Numbered from the stretch's first letter, positions 46,862-58,524 are shown. The stretch is DNA of 64,000 bases from an uncultured Planctomycetota bacterium (GCA_963849325.1 CAWKHF010000001.1:320001-384000); one strand, 5' to 3'. Translations and numbers: made by a program. The notes: generated from the letters alone by a model not told the origin.

Positions 46862-48209
46862 CTACACGACCTCGCGCAGCACCGGGCTGTCGATGACGTG
46901 CTGCGGCCGGCCGGTCGGATCGAGGATGGTCGTCGTCTCGGGATTGAGGCCGAGATTGCGATAAAGGGTGGCGAAAATCTCGCCGAAGGTGACCGGCCGA
47001 TTGCTGGCGTACTCGCCGAGGCGATTGGTGGCGCCGATGACCTGGCCTGTGCGCATGCCGCCGCCGGCCATCAAGGCGCAGCTGACCTGCGGCCAATGAT
47101 CGCGGCCGGCCCCCTTGTTGATGCGCGGCGTGCGGCCAAACTCGCCCCAGGCGATGACCGTCACGTCGTCGAGCAGGCCGCGCGCCTCCAGGTCGTCGAT
47201 CAGGGCGGTGAAACCCTGGTCGAGCTTGCCGCCGTGATCGCGCACCAGGTCGAAGTTCTTGCCGTGGCTGTCCCAGCGGCCATACGACAGCGACACGACG
47301 CGGACGCCGGCCTCGACCAGCCGGCGGGCCAGCAAGAGCTGGTCGTTGACGGTCGGGGCGCCGTCGTACTGGTACTGATACGGCTTCCCGTCGCCGTAGC
47401 GCTCGCGCACCTTGGCGCTCTCCTTGGACAGATCCAGCGCCTCGACGAGCTTGCTGGAGGTCAGCACGCCGAGGGCGCGCTGCGGTCAGCGCGTCCACGG
47501 TCTGATAGGTGCCGCTGCGGTCGAGGTCGCCGCGAAGGCTGTCGAAGCTGGACAGCAGACGGCGGCGGTCGCTCAGCGCCTCGACGGAGGCGCCGCGCAG
47601 GGTCAGGTCGGCCATGCCGGGACCGTCCGGCTTGAAGGCGGCGTAGGAAGCGCCGAGGAAGCCGGGACCGCCGGCATCGGACCAGGGCACGTGTTGCGTC
47701 CGCGCCGCCAGGCCGACGAAGGGCGGAACGGAGGGATCGACCGGACCCTGCACCTTGGCGGCGACGGCGCCGAGGCTCGGCCGGCCGCCCATCGCTCGCA
47801 GACTCGACGGCGCCCAGCCGGACATGCACTGGAAGGCGTCGTGACCGCCGCTGGCGCCGACCACGGAGCGAATGGCGACACACTTATCCATGCGGGCGGC
47901 GATGCGCGGAAATACCTCGCCGATCTGGATGCCGGGCACGTTGGTGGCGATCGGCTTGAACTCGCCGCGGATCTCGGCGGGCGCCTCAGTCTTGATGTCC
48001 CACATGTCCTGATGCGGAGGACCACCGCCGAGGAAGATGTTGATGACGGACTTGTGCCGGTTGCCGGTCGAGCCGGCGCGGGCCTCGGCCCGGAAGATGT
48101 CCGCCAACGTGAGGGAGGCGGCCCCGAAGGTGAAGGCGCCGATGCGGAGGAAACCGCGGCGGGAGACGCCGTCGCAGAACCGCTGCTTTTGGCCGAAGAT
48201 CGTCAGCAT
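46862..48209 (-). CDS. DUF1501 domain protein (apparent frameshift near 47480)
   Basis: SRRGFL Tat-like motif; GGGPPHQDMWDIK; LLARRLVEAGVR; GEFGRTPRIN; GRDHWP. Confidence 0.9.
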
Positions 48210-48410
48210 GGCCGGTCCTTTCGAGCAAGGCGGGAGGCGAGCGATGCGGGATCGCTCGCGTGGGTCGGCGAGCAATGGCGGGCGGAGGAAGGCACTCTCC
48301 GGACGGCCCGGAGAACGGCACCTCATCCGTTGGCTTCAACCTAAACGGCTGAGGTAGGTATGTCAAGCAGGAAGAGCTTGTGCTTCGTGCCCGAACCAGC
48401 GCACTTCTAT

Positions 48411-48483
48411 CCGAGCCTGAAGCGTAAGCGAAGAAACGGCAACCAAAGGTTGCCGTTTCTCTTCGCTTACGCTTCAGGCTCGG
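48411..48483. repeat. REP-like palindrome, family A
   Basis: Hairpin with extended inner stem. Confidence 0.88.
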
Positions 48484-48579
48484 GCAGAAAAATGTCCGCG
48501 CCGGCTTGAGCGCGACGCTCGCTCTGGTATGCTGTCGGTTCGCTGGCTACCCCGTTACCTCAGGAGGTGCTCTGCCGCC

Positions 48580-49633
48580 ATGAAACGCTTCATCCTTCTG
48601 TCCGCGTTCGCCCTGCTCGGCCTCGCGCTCGCCGGCCCCACGGCGATGCGCGGCGACGACAAGAAAGCCACCAAAACGCTCGGCACCATCGAGCGCCTCG
48701 ACCCGGCTTTCGATAACCTCATCGGCCGCGACGCCAAACTCGAAGTCCTCGTCACCGGCCACGTCTGGGCCGAGGGGCCGGTCTGGGTGCCGCGCGACGG
48801 CGGCTTCGTGCTCTTCTCCGACATCCCTCGGAACAGCATTTACAAGTGGCAAGAGGGCAAGGGCGAGAGCTTGTTTCTGAAGCCGTCGGGCGGCACCGGC
48901 AAGGACGCACCCACCTTGAAGGAACCCGGCTCCAACGGCCTGCTGCTCGACGCCGAGGGCCGGCTCGTCCTCATGGAACACGGCGACCGCCGCGTCAGCC
49001 GACTGGACCGCTGGGACGGCAAGGCCAAAACCACGCTGGCCCACCTCTACAGGGGCAAGCGCCTCAACAGCCCCAACAACGGCGTCTTCAAATCCAACGG
49101 CGATCTCTATTTCACCGACCCGCCCTACGGGCGGTCGCTCAAGGATGCCAAGCCCAACGAGTTTCCCGACCGCGACCTCGATTTCTGCGGCGTCTATCGG
49201 CTGGCGAAGGACGGCAAGCTGACGCTGCTGACCCGCGAGATGAGCCGGCCCAACGGCATCGCCTTCTCTCCCGACGAGAAAACGCTGTATGTCGCCAATT
49301 CGGACCCCGAAAAGGCGATTTGGATGGCCTATCCGGTCAAGGACGATGGCACGCTGGGCGTCGGCCGCGTCTTCCAGGACGTGACGAAGTATGTCGGCAA
49401 GGACAGGCCGGGGTTGCCCGACGGCATGAAAGTCGATGCGAAAGGCAATCTATTCGCCACGGGTCCGGGCGGCGTGCTGGTGTTCGCGCCGGATGGCAAG
49501 CACCTGGGCACCCTCGCCACCGGCGTGCCGACGGCCAACTGCAACTGGGGCGCCGGACGGCACCGTTCTGTACGTCACCGCCAACGATGCGTTGACGCGC
49601 ATCAAGACCAAGACGAAGGGTAAGGGCTTCTGA
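48580..49633 (+). CDS. SMP-30/gluconolactonase family exported protein (apparent frameshift near 49550)
   Basis: EGPVW, GSNGL, LNSPN, YFTDPPYG, PNGIAFSPD, PDGMKVD. Confidence 0.92.
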
Positions 49634-49657
49634 TACTCGTTGCCGGTAATGGTATCT

Positions 49658-49724
49658 CGTTTAGCCGCGACGCGCAGCGGAGCGCGGGAGATTCCCGCGC
49701 TCCGCTGCGCGTCGCGGCTAAACG
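49658..49724. repeat. REP-like palindrome, family B
   Basis: Between convergent genes. Confidence 0.9.
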
Positions 49725-49730
49725 CCTGTA

Positions 49731-51032
49731 TCAGTCGGTCAGCTCAAAGACGAAGTCATTTCGGCCGCCGGACTCCACAGTCGCCGTCAGTTTGGAGGTT
49801 TCCGGCCGAGCGTAACGCTCCGGCAGTCGATTGGCGCCCCGCGAACCGCCGAGGACCGGCGTCGGCGGATACCAGGTCATGCTGATCTGGTATTCGCCGG
49901 CGGCCGCGCCGTCAAAGGCGCGATAGGTGGTCAAGCGGAAGGAACCGTCTGCCTCGACGCGGCCGCGCGCCGTCTCCGCCGGCTTCCGCGCCGCGGCCCG
50001 AGCCGGACGAAAAACAATCTCCGCTCCCACGGCCGGGCTGCCTCGATAGAACACCTTGCCACGGACCGGCGTAACGGACTTGCCGTAGCCGGGAATGTTG
50101 CCGCCCTCCTCGGTGATCGGCTTCTTCATGTCTTCGGGATAAATACCGTCCAGCAGCACATGGGCCAGGACGGGGCCGTCCGCCTTCATCGTCACCCAGG
50201 TGATGTGATCGAACTCGCCGTAATCGATGCCGCGCAGCGTACTGCCGCCGCCGGTCGTCGCCAACTGATAGTAGTTCATGCCCTGGCGCACGAACTTGCG
50301 AAAGTGATGGATGTGGCCGCAGAACACCGTGTAATTGCGGCCGGCCAACAGCTTCTCCACCTCCGGCCAGCCGGTCTCGGCGCCGTTGGGCCGCGTCCAG
50401 ATGGGCGGATGCAGGGCCACCACCGTCCAGCGCACGGTGGGGTTGTCCGCCAGGGCTTGCTTGACGTAGTCGAGCTGTTCCTTGCCAATCTGCTCCTGGA
50501 AATGCTTTCCTCCCTTGGCTTCCACCTCCGGGCCATCGTAGGCATTGAGGACGAGGAACAGTACGTTCTTGTAGACGAAGTGATAGTAACGGCGGCCAAA
50601 CTTTTCCTGCCAGACCTTGGCCATGTCGGACGTCAGCACGTCGTGGTTGCCGGGAGCGTAGAAAAAGGGCATTTGCAGCTTGCCAACGTAGCCCTGGAAC
50701 TCGCCCCATTGACTCCGCGCCTGCTCGGGCGTGGTGTAGCCCTCCACAAGATCGCCGACGGACAGGACGAACTCCGGCTGCATGAGATTGAGCAGTTCCA
50801 CGGCGCGCGAGAAGATGCCGGCCCGATGACCGCCGGTGCGGTCGGAGACGATGGCGAACTGGAATTGTTCGGCGGAGCGATTGAGGCGCAGGTGCGTCCA
50901 GGGATTGCGCGACTCGACGGTCACTTGCAAGGGCGCCTCGGCGGTAACGCCCGGCTGCGGCGTGCTGCGCGACAGTCCGACGGCCGCCAGCAGCAGACCG
51001 AAGACGAACAGGACCAGAAGCAGGCGTTTCAT
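49731..51032 (-). CDS. Exported calcineurin-like metallophosphoesterase with C-terminal carboxypeptidase-regulatory-like domain
   Basis: SDRTGG, GDLVEG, PGNHD, HPP, FCGHIH; C-terminal VRGKV..G.P..GA.I.F.P...G.F.LTTY..DGA..GEY. Confidence 0.85.
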   Translation of the reverse strand: MKRLLLVLFVFGLLLAAVGLSRSTPQPGVTAEAPLQVTVESRNPWTHLRLNRSAEQFQFAIVSDRTGGHRAGIFSRAVELLNLMQPEFVLSVGDLVEGYTTPEQARSQWGEFQGYVGKLQMPFFYAPGNHDVLTSDMAKVWQEKFGRRYYHFVYKNVLFLVLNAYDGPEVEAKGGKHFQEQIGKEQLDYVKQALADNPTVRWTVVALHPPIWTRPNGAETGWPEVEKLLAGRNYTVFCGHIHHFRKFVRQGMNYYQLATTGGGSTLRGIDYGEFDHITWVTMKADGPVLAHVLLDGIYPEDMKKPITEEGGNIPGYGKSVTPVRGKVFYRGSPAVGAEIVFRPARAAARKPAETARGRVEADGSFRLTTYRAFDGAAAGEYQISMTWYPPTPVLGGSRGANRLPERYARPETSKLTATVESGGRNDFVFELTD

Positions 51033-51209
51033 CGTAGCCGTCCTTTCCCGACAGGCGGACCTGGAGAACATCAGAGACACGGGAGAGCCAGAGGCAACTA
51101 CAGAAATATCATAGGGCGCACTGTGCCTCCGCGCTTTGCCATTGCCAGGGGCACGTTGGCGTTTTAGCCTGACAAGAGTGTGTCCGTGGCCGCAACGGAG
51201 GATCGGACC

Positions 51210-51715
51210 ATGCCGCAACTCACGCCGTTGAACCTGCATGCCTGGATCGACGAGCATCGCCATTTGCTGAAACCCCCCGTCGGCAACGCCTGCATCTGGA
51301 ACAGTAACTTCCTGGTCATGATCGTCGGCGGTCCCAACCAGCGCAGCGACTACCACGTCAATCCCGGCGAGGAACTGTTCTACCAGATCGAGGGCGACAT
51401 CGTCCTCAAGATCATCGAGGAGGCCGGCCGCGCGACGTTCCCATCCGGCAGGGCGAAATCTTCCTGCTGCCGGCCGGCGTGCCGCACTCGCCACAGCGTC
51501 CGGCCCATACCGTCGGACTCGTCGTCGAGCAGCCCAAGGCATCGCGGGAGCCGCAGCACCTGCGCTGGTACTGCCGGCGCTGCTACGCCCTGCTCTACGA
51601 CGCCGCCTTTCAGCCGGTCGATCTCGGCGCGCAAATCAAGGAGATCATCGAGCGCTTCCGGGCCGACGAGGAACTGCGAACGTGCAAGGCATGCGGTGAA
51701 GTCTTCGTCCTGTGA
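51210..51715 (+). CDS. nbaC: 3-hydroxyanthranilate 3,4-dioxygenase (apparent frameshift near 51425)
   Basis: WIDEHRHLLKPPVGN, GGPNQRSDYH...EE.FYQ, PHSPQRP, WYC..C and RTC..CG. Confidence 0.92.
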
Positions 51716-51738
51716 GGCATCGCCCGAGCGCCGCGTCC

Positions 51739-52744
51739 ATGAAAATCGACCTGCACACGCACATCCTGCCGCGGACCTGGCCCGACCTTCGTCAGCGTTA
51801 CGGCTGCGGCGGTTTCGTGCGGCTGGAGCACCACTGCCCCGGCTGCGCTCGCATGATGATCGACGATCGGCTGTTCCGCGAAATCGAGGACAACTGCTGG
51901 GACGCACGGCGACGGCTGGACGACTGCGACCGCCACGGCGTCACGGCGCAGGTGCTCTCGACGGTGCCGGTCATGTTCTGCTACGGGGCCAAGCCGGAGC
52001 ACACGCACGACTTGGCTCGTCTGCTCAACGACCACATCGCCGAGGTGGTCGGGCATGCACCCCGGCCGTTTCCACGGTCTGGGTACGCTGCCGCTGCAAG
52101 CGCCTGACCTCGCCATCCGCGAGCTGGAGCGCTGCCTCGGCGACCTCGGCCTGCGCGGCGTCGAGATCGGCACGCACGTCAACGACTGGAACCTCGATCA
52201 CCCCGCCCTGTTCCCGGTGCTACAGGCGGCCGAGCGCCTGGGGGCGGCCGTGTTCGTCCACCCCTGGGACATGCTCGGCCGCGAACGCATGAGCCAATAC
52301 TGGCGCCGTGGCTGGTCGGCATGCCGGCCGAGACGTCCTTGGCGATCTGTTCGCTGATCTTCGGCGGCGTGCTGGAACGTCTGCCGCGTCTGCGTCTCGC
52401 CTTCGCTCACGGCGGCGGCGCCTTCCCTGGCACCATCGGCCGCATCGAGCACGGCTTCCACGTGCGGCCCGGACCTGTGCGCCGTCGAGAACGACAAAAG
52501 CCCCCGTAGTTATCTCGGGAAATTCTACCTCGATTCGCTGGTGCATGACGCCGACCTGCTGCGTTACCTGGTCCGCCTGGTCGGGGCCGAGCGGATCGCG
52601 CTGGGCTCCGATTATCCCTTTCCGCTGGGCGAGGACGAGCCGGGCCGGCTGATCGAGTCGCTGACCGACTTGCCCGCCGAGGCGCGGCGACGCATGTTGG
52701 CCGGCACCGCCCTGGAGTTTCTGGGCGTGGAAGCGACGCCGTGA
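51739..52744 (+). CDS. nbaD: 2-amino-3-carboxymuconate-6-semialdehyde decarboxylase (ACMSD; apparent frameshifts)
   Basis: IDLHTHILP, QVLSTVPVMF.Y, FVHPWDM, GMPAET, AHGGGAFP.TIGR, LGSDYPFPLGE. Confidence 0.88.
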
Positions 52745-52755
52745 GGGAAGCCGTC

Positions 52756-54013
52756 ATGATCTTCCAACCGGACGAGTCCTTCGCCCTCGCCCTGGACGCC
52801 GACGACCCGCTGCGTCCCTTCCGCGAGCAGTTCCACATCCCGCGCCGCCCCGACGGCCAACCCGTCCTCTACTTCTGCGGACACTCGCTCGGCTTGCAGC
52901 CGAAGGCGGCGCGGAGGCTGGTCGAGCAGGAGCTGGACGAGTGGGCGCGCCTCGGCGTCGATGCCCATTTTCACGGCCAAAACCCCTGGTACTCCTATCA
53001 CGAAAACTTCCGCGACAGTCGGCGCTCGCCTGGTCGGCGCCCAGCCGGGCGAAGTCGTCTTCATGAACAGCCTGACGGTGAACCTGCATCTGCTGATGAT
53101 GACCTTCTATCGCCCCACCGCGTCGCGTTATCGTATCCTGATCGACGAGCCGGCTTTCCCCTCGGACCTGTACGCCATGCAATCGCAGCTCCGCCATCAC
53201 GGTTTCGAGGCGCGAGACGGGCTGCTGCGGATCGAGGGGCGGAACGAGGACATCGAGGTGGTGCTGGACGAGCGCGGCGACGAAATCGTCGTGGTGCTGT
53301 TGAGCGGCGTGAACTTCCTGACCGGGCAGTATTTCGATATTCCGCGCCTGGCGGCGGCGGCCCATCGGCACGGCTGCCTGTTCGCTCTCGACCTGGCCCA
53401 TGCCGCCGGCAATGTGCTGCTGCACCTGCACGACTGGGACGTCGATTTCGCCGTCTGGTGCGGTTACAAGTATCTCAACGGCGGGCCGGGTTCGGTGGCC
53501 GGCTGTTTCGTCCACGAGAAGCACGGCCGCGACATTACGCTGCCGCGCCTGGCCGGCTGGTGGGGCAACGATCCGACCACGCGCTTCCGGATGCGGACGC
53601 AGACCGATTTCGTCGCCAAAAGCGGCGCCGACGGCTGGCAGATTAGCAACCCGCCCATCCTGGCGATGGCGCCATTGCTGGCCTCGCTGGCCCTCTTCGA
53701 CGAGGCCGGAATGCCGGCACTGCGGGCCAAGTCCGAGCGCCTGACGGGGTATCTGTATTATCTGCTGGAACGTCTGCCGAGCGGGCATTTCGAGATCATC
53801 ACGCCGGCCGATCCCGTCCGGCGCGGCTGCCAACTCTCGCTGCTTGTCCACGATCGGCCGCACGAATTGCCGAAGATGCTGCAAGCCGAGGACGTGGTCT
53901 GCGATTTCCGCGAGCCGAACGTCCTGCGCGTCGCGCCCGTGCCGCTGTATAATACCTTCGCGGAAGTGTGGACCTTTGCTCGCATTCTCGAACGATTCCT
54001 GACTTGTTGTTAG
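52756..54013 (+). CDS. kynU: Kynureninase (apparent frameshift near 53018)
   Basis: YFCGHSLGLQP, MNSLTVNLH, AFPSD, DLAHAAGN, WCGYKYLNGGPG, GWWG. Confidence 0.93.
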
Positions 54014-54046
54014 CCCCGTGCGGCGGGGATCCAGGGTGCGGCTCCC

Positions 54047-54463
54047 TTAACGCGGGACATAGATCCGAGGCTGATCGCGGTATTCCTCCTGGGCGATGCC
54101 GAACAACAGTTCCGCAACGTCGATCGCCACTCGTTTCGCATACCTCGCGCTGTGCTCGAACCTTCCTTTGTTCGCAAGCGTCAGGATGGGAAGGTGGCCC
54201 ATCCGCCAGGAATCCGCGAGGGTCGCCTGAAGGGAGTTTTCGTCCTCATCATTTCGATTCTCGGTGAACAGCACCCATCCGTCCTGTTGGCAGCGATTCC
54301 AAAGAGAGCGGTCATCGAGATCGCGTGGAAGTTGGAGATCGGGGAACGTCGCGAAGGCGAGAGGGATTTCCGCGAGAACGGTCCACAAGTCGAGCGTTTC
54401 GAGCAGTTGGCGAAGGTACGGCAAATGACCCTGGACATTCACGTCGCCTAACAATCCGCGCAT
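54047..54463 (-). CDS. DUF5615 PIN-like putative toxin
   Basis: MRGLLGDVN, DDRSLW..CQ, VLFTENRN. Confidence 0.65.
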   Translation of the reverse strand: MRGLLGDVNVQGHLPYLRQLLETLDLWTVLAEIPLAFATFPDLQLPRDLDDRSLWNRCQQDGWVLFTENRNDEDENSLQATLADSWRMGHLPILTLANKGRFEHSARYAKRVAIDVAELLFGIAQEEYRDQPRIYVPR

Positions 54464-54464
54464 G

Positions 54465-54905
54465 TCACGTGCCTTTCTCCGGCATCGACTCTCGTTGGGC
54501 AAGCCATTCGCGGAAGGTTGGCAGTCGCTCGGAACCGTTTTCTCCGCTTGCCGATACGGACTCCTCCGCGTTTTCCCGCGTCTGGGCCTGCCGGCGCTTG
54601 GCCAGCCAGTCCTTGAAACGCAGGAAAGCGGCGTGGGTCTGTTCGGCGTGCTCGATCACTTCCGGAGGATTGCCGGCGGCCATCCGCGCCTCGATGTCCA
54701 GATAGCGGGCCAAAACGGTATCCGGGTTATTCAGCACGTAGGCTCGGGCTGCCGCCAGCTGCTCGGGCGTCAGCTCGTACATCCGACAAAGGGAGGCCTC
54801 GGTTGCGGTCGCATCCAGGAAGTGCGGCAGCAAGTTGTACACGGTAATCCGGGTTCCGACAATTTCCGGACCCCGGCCCCGGTCATGGATCAGCTCGTTT
54901 GTCAT
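54465..54905 (-). CDS. DUF433 domain putative antitoxin
   Basis: GRGPEIVGTRITVY, LTPEQLAAARAY. Confidence 0.75.
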   Translation of the reverse strand: MTNELIHDRGRGPEIVGTRITVYNLLPHFLDATATEASLCRMYELTPEQLAAARAYVLNNPDTVLARYLDIEARMAAGNPPEVIEHAEQTHAAFLRFKDWLAKRRQAQTRENAEESVSASGENGSERLPTFREWLAQRESMPEKGT

Positions 54906-55031
54906 TTTCAGCCTCCCCTTGGGGTTGTATCTCCGTTTCTCCATTCTACACGCCGCGCCGCCCCGCAGCTCATAAGATGGCGGAGTGTTCGTGGCGTTGC
55001 TTCATCCCCTTTCGTCCACGGGAGTGGCGTC

Positions 55032-55366
55032 ATGCGAATCGATCAACTGATCTTCGTGGGCCTGCGAGGCTACGTGATCGCCCTGGAGCGCGACTCGGGG
55101 CAGATCGTGTGGGACAATTCGGAACTCGCTTCGGGTTATACGTCCCTGCTGCTCGACGGCGATCGCCTGATCGTCTCGACCAACGGTTACATCTATTGCC
55201 TGGACCCGCTGACGGGGCAGGTGCTGTGGAACAACCCGCTGCGCGGCTACGGCGTCGGTATCGCCGACCTGGCGTCGGTGCGCGGCCAGAGCGCCAGACG
55301 ACGATTCGGCAGACGGCCGCGGCCGAGGAGGCTGCCCGCAGCCAGTCGCATTACCACGGTTCTTGA
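55032..55366 (+). CDS. Small PQQ-like beta-propeller repeat protein (C-terminus uncertain)
   Basis: VIALERDSGQIVW and IYCLDPLTGQVLW blade motifs. Confidence 0.7.
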
Positions 55367-55381
55367 GAGAGACGTAAGACG

Positions 55382-56693
55382 GTGAACGAACCTCTTGGCA
55401 TCGCCTTGATCGGCTGCGGCACGGTGGGCGGCGGCGTGGCCCGGCTGCTGCTGGAACAACCCGACCGCCTGGCCGCCCGCGCCGGCCGGCCGCTCGTGCT
55501 GCGCCGCGTCGTCGTCCGCGATCCCATCCAAGCCACGCCCGGCCGGACTGCCGCGCGAGCTGGTCACGACCGACTTGCAACCCGTGCTGCGCGATCCCGG
55601 CGTCCACGTCGGCGTCGAGCTGGTCGGCGGCGTCGACTGGGCCAAGGCAGGCCGTGCTGGCGCTGCTGGCGGCGGGCAAGGACGTGGTGACGGCCAACAA
55701 GGCGCTGCTGGCCCAGCACGGCGCCGAGGTCTTCGACGCCGCCCGCGCGTCACGGCCGGGCCGTCGCCTTCGAGGCCAGCGTCGCCGGCGGCGTGCCGAT
55801 CATCGCCGCCCTGGCCCAGTGCCTGGCCGCCAACCAGATCCTGTCGCTGCAAGGCATCCTCAACGGCACCTGCAACTTCATCCTGACGCGCATGACCGAG
55901 AAGGGCCAGGGCTACGCCGAGGCGCTGGCCGAGGCCCAGCGGCGCGGCTACGCCGAGGCCGACCCGACCCTCGACGTCGACGGCACCGACGCCGCCCACA
56001 AGCTGGCCATCCTGGCGCAGATCGCCTTCGGCGTGGCGGTGCCGTGTCAGCGCCATCGAGCGCCGCGGCATCGCCGACATCGACGCCCTCGACATCCGCT
56101 TCGCCCGCGAGCTGGGCTACACCATCAAGCTGCTGGCCGAGGCGTGGTTCGCACGACGCATCAGCTGGCGCTGCACGTCGCGCCGGTGCTGCTGCGCCGG
56201 CACGACGCCGCTGGCCCAGGTGCGCGGCGCCTACAACGCCATCTACGTCGTCGGCGACGCCGTCGGCGACGCCCTGTTCTACGGCCAGGGCGCCGGCCAG
56301 ATGCCGACCGCCAGCGCCGTCGTCGCCGACCTGATCGACCTGGCCGTGGGCCGGGCACAGCGGACTTTCACGACCTTGCGGCTCTGGTCCGGCCAGCGAA
56401 CGGCATCCAGCTGCAATCGTCCGCCACGGTGCGCAGCCGCTTCTACCTGCGCCTGCTGGTCGAGGACCGGCCCGGCGTGCTGGCCGACGTGACGCGCGTG
56501 CTGGCCGACCACCACATCAGCATCGCCTCGGTGATCCAGCACGAAGCGCCGGAGGACCACGAGGGCGGCCGAGTCCACCTGGTCATCATGACGCACACGG
56601 CCCTGACCGGCGACTTCCGCGCCGCCGTCGCCGCAGCTGGATCGTCTCGGCCGCGTGGCGCCGCCGAGCGTGTACTATCCCGTTGGCGATTGA
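55382..56693 (+). CDS. hom: Homoserine dehydrogenase with C-terminal ACT domain (many apparent frameshifts)
   Basis: GCGTVGGG, VVTANKALLA, FEASVAGG.P, GILNGTCNFIL, GYAEADPT.DV.G.DAAHKL, DRPGVLA. Confidence 0.9.
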
Positions 56694-56710
56694 TCCGCGT
56701 AACGTTTTCG

Positions 56711-56772
56711 TCCGAGCCCGAAGCGTAAGCGAGGGTTGGCTTTCTTTCCCTCGCTTACGCTTCAGGCTCGGA
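56711..56772. repeat. REP-like palindrome, family A variant
   Basis: CGAGCCCGAAGCGTAAGCGAGGG arm. Confidence 0.8.
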
Positions 56773-56784
56773 TGGGGTTTTTCC

Positions 56785-58524
56785 ATGAAAGCGCTATCGC
56801 TGGGCGCGCGGAGGAACGTCAACGCCTTCTTCGGCCTGATGCTCAACAACGTCACCGTGATGGTGCTGCTGTTGGGCCTGGTCAGCAGCACGACGCCGCT
56901 GGAGCAGCAGGAGAAGGACAGGCAAGTTCGGTTCACGCCCGGCTTCGTGCTGACGCGCATGGTCCCCGGCACCGCCCTGGGCGTGCTGCTGGGCGATTTG
57001 GTGTACACGTGGATGGCCTGGCGGCTGGCTCGCCGCACGGGCCGCGACGACGTGACGGCGATGCCGCTGGGCCTGGACACGCCCAGCACGTTCGGTATCG
57101 CCTTCCTGGTGCTGCTGCCGGCGCTGAACGAGGGCTATTTCCAGGTCGGCGGCCGCGATCACGAACGGGCGATGGCCTTCGCCTGGCACGTCGGCCTGGT
57201 GGTCCTGGTGCTGACCGGCGTGTTCAAGATCGTCTGCGCTCCGTTGGGCAACGCGGTGCGGCGATTGGTGCCGCGCGCGGGACTGCTCGGTTCGCTGGCG
57301 GCGATCGCCCTGGTCCTGATCGCCTTCCTGCCGTTGGCACAGGACGGCATCGCGGCCGTGCCGCTGGTCGGCATGACGGCACTGGCCCTGATCCTGTGGA
57401 CGCTGGTGGCGCATCGGGCCCTACCCGGCCGTTTCCCCGGCGCGTTGGCCGCCGTGCTGCTGGGCGTGTTCGTCTACCAGGCATGTCGATTTTTGGGATC
57501 GGCCGGCGGAGTGGCCCTCGTGCCGCCGCCGGAGCAGGAGACTTCCGCCGTCGTCTGGCAGCCGGCGGCGCTGGTGTCCTTTTACGGCGAACCCTCGTGG
57601 GCCTGGTGGGAGCGCGTCTTCGTCTACGCCCTGGGCAAGCTGCCGGTGGTGCTGCCGTTCGCCCTGGCCACCATCGTCGGCGGCATCGACTGCACCGAGA
57701 GCGCCGCCGCCGCCGGCGACGACTTCGACACTCGCGTCGTCCTGCTGACCGAGGGCGTCGCGTCGCTGCTGGCCGGCCTGCTCGGCGGCGTCATCCAGAC
57801 GACGCCGTACATCGGCCACCCCGCCTACAAGAAGATGGGCGGCCGAGCGGCGTACACCCTGGCGACCGCCCTGTTCGTCGGCGGCGTCGGCTACTTCGGC
57901 GGCTTCCATCTGCTGTTCGAGTGGCTGCCGCGTCCGGCCCTGTTTCCGATCCTCGTGTTCGTCGGCCTGGAGATCACGGCCCAATCGTTCGCCGCCACGC
58001 CTCCGCGGCACTATCCGGCCCTGGCCCTGGCGATGCTGCCGGCGCTGGCGTACTTGCTCACCATTCCCCTCGGCATGGCGCTGGGCCTGCGCGATCCCGA
58101 CCCACAAGCGCGGCTGCTGGTGCAGACGTTGCGCTGCCTGGCGGGCGGCTTTATTATCACGAGTTTGCTCTGGGCGGCGGCGCTGGCCATGCTGATCGAC
58201 GGCCGGCTTTTGCGGGCGGCCTTCTATTTCGCGCTGGCCGGTGTGTTCGCCCTTTTCGGCGTCATCCATTCGCCGCTGCGCAGCGAGCGCATCGACCTGC
58301 CGGCGCGCGTGCTGGGCGATGTACCCGAGGTGTTTCGGGAGGCGGTTTGCTACCAGACGCCGTATCACTGGGCCGGCGCATACGCTCTTGTCGTGCTGAT
58401 GTTGCTACTGCTGGCGCTGGCGCCCGGCAATCCAAGAGCGAACGAAGGAGAGCACCAACGCGAAGAGGCCAAGGAAAAGGAGCGACGTGCCTTGCCCATT
58501 CCACGCCCGATACGGAACGATTGA
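56785..58524 (+). CDS. Permease (NCS2/AzgA-like)
   Basis: NAFFGL, DVTAMPLGLDTPS, ESAAAAGD.F, TTPYIGHPAYK.MGGRAAY; many TM segments. Confidence 0.8.
   Translation: MKALSLGARRNVNAFFGLMLNNVTVMVLLLGLVSSTTPLEQQEKDRQVRFTPGFVLTRMVPGTALGVLLGDLVYTWMAWRLARRTGRDDVTAMPLGLDTPSTFGIAFLVLLPALNEGYFQVGGRDHERAMAFAWHVGLVVLVLTGVFKIVCAPLGNAVRRLVPRAGLLGSLAAIALVLIAFLPLAQDGIAAVPLVGMTALALILWTLVAHRALPGRFPGALAAVLLGVFVYQACRFLGSAGGVALVPPPEQETSAVVWQPAALVSFYGEPSWAWWERVFVYALGKLPVVLPFALATIVGGIDCTESAAAAGDDFDTRVVLLTEGVASLLAGLLGGVIQTTPYIGHPAYKKMGGRAAYTLATALFVGGVGYFGGFHLLFEWLPRPALFPILVFVGLEITAQSFAATPPRHYPALALAMLPALAYLLTIPLGMALGLRDPDPQARLLVQTLRCLAGGFIITSLLWAAALAMLIDGRLLRAAFYFALAGVFALFGVIHSPLRSERIDLPARVLGDVPEVFREAVCYQTPYHWAGAYALVVLMLLLLALAPGNPRANEGEHQREEAKEKERRALPIPRPIRND

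Noticed and set aside
51210-56693. Kynurenine genes and hom as decaying pseudogenes
   Set aside because: Only single-base indels with conserved catalytic motifs; same error pattern as in the essential genes
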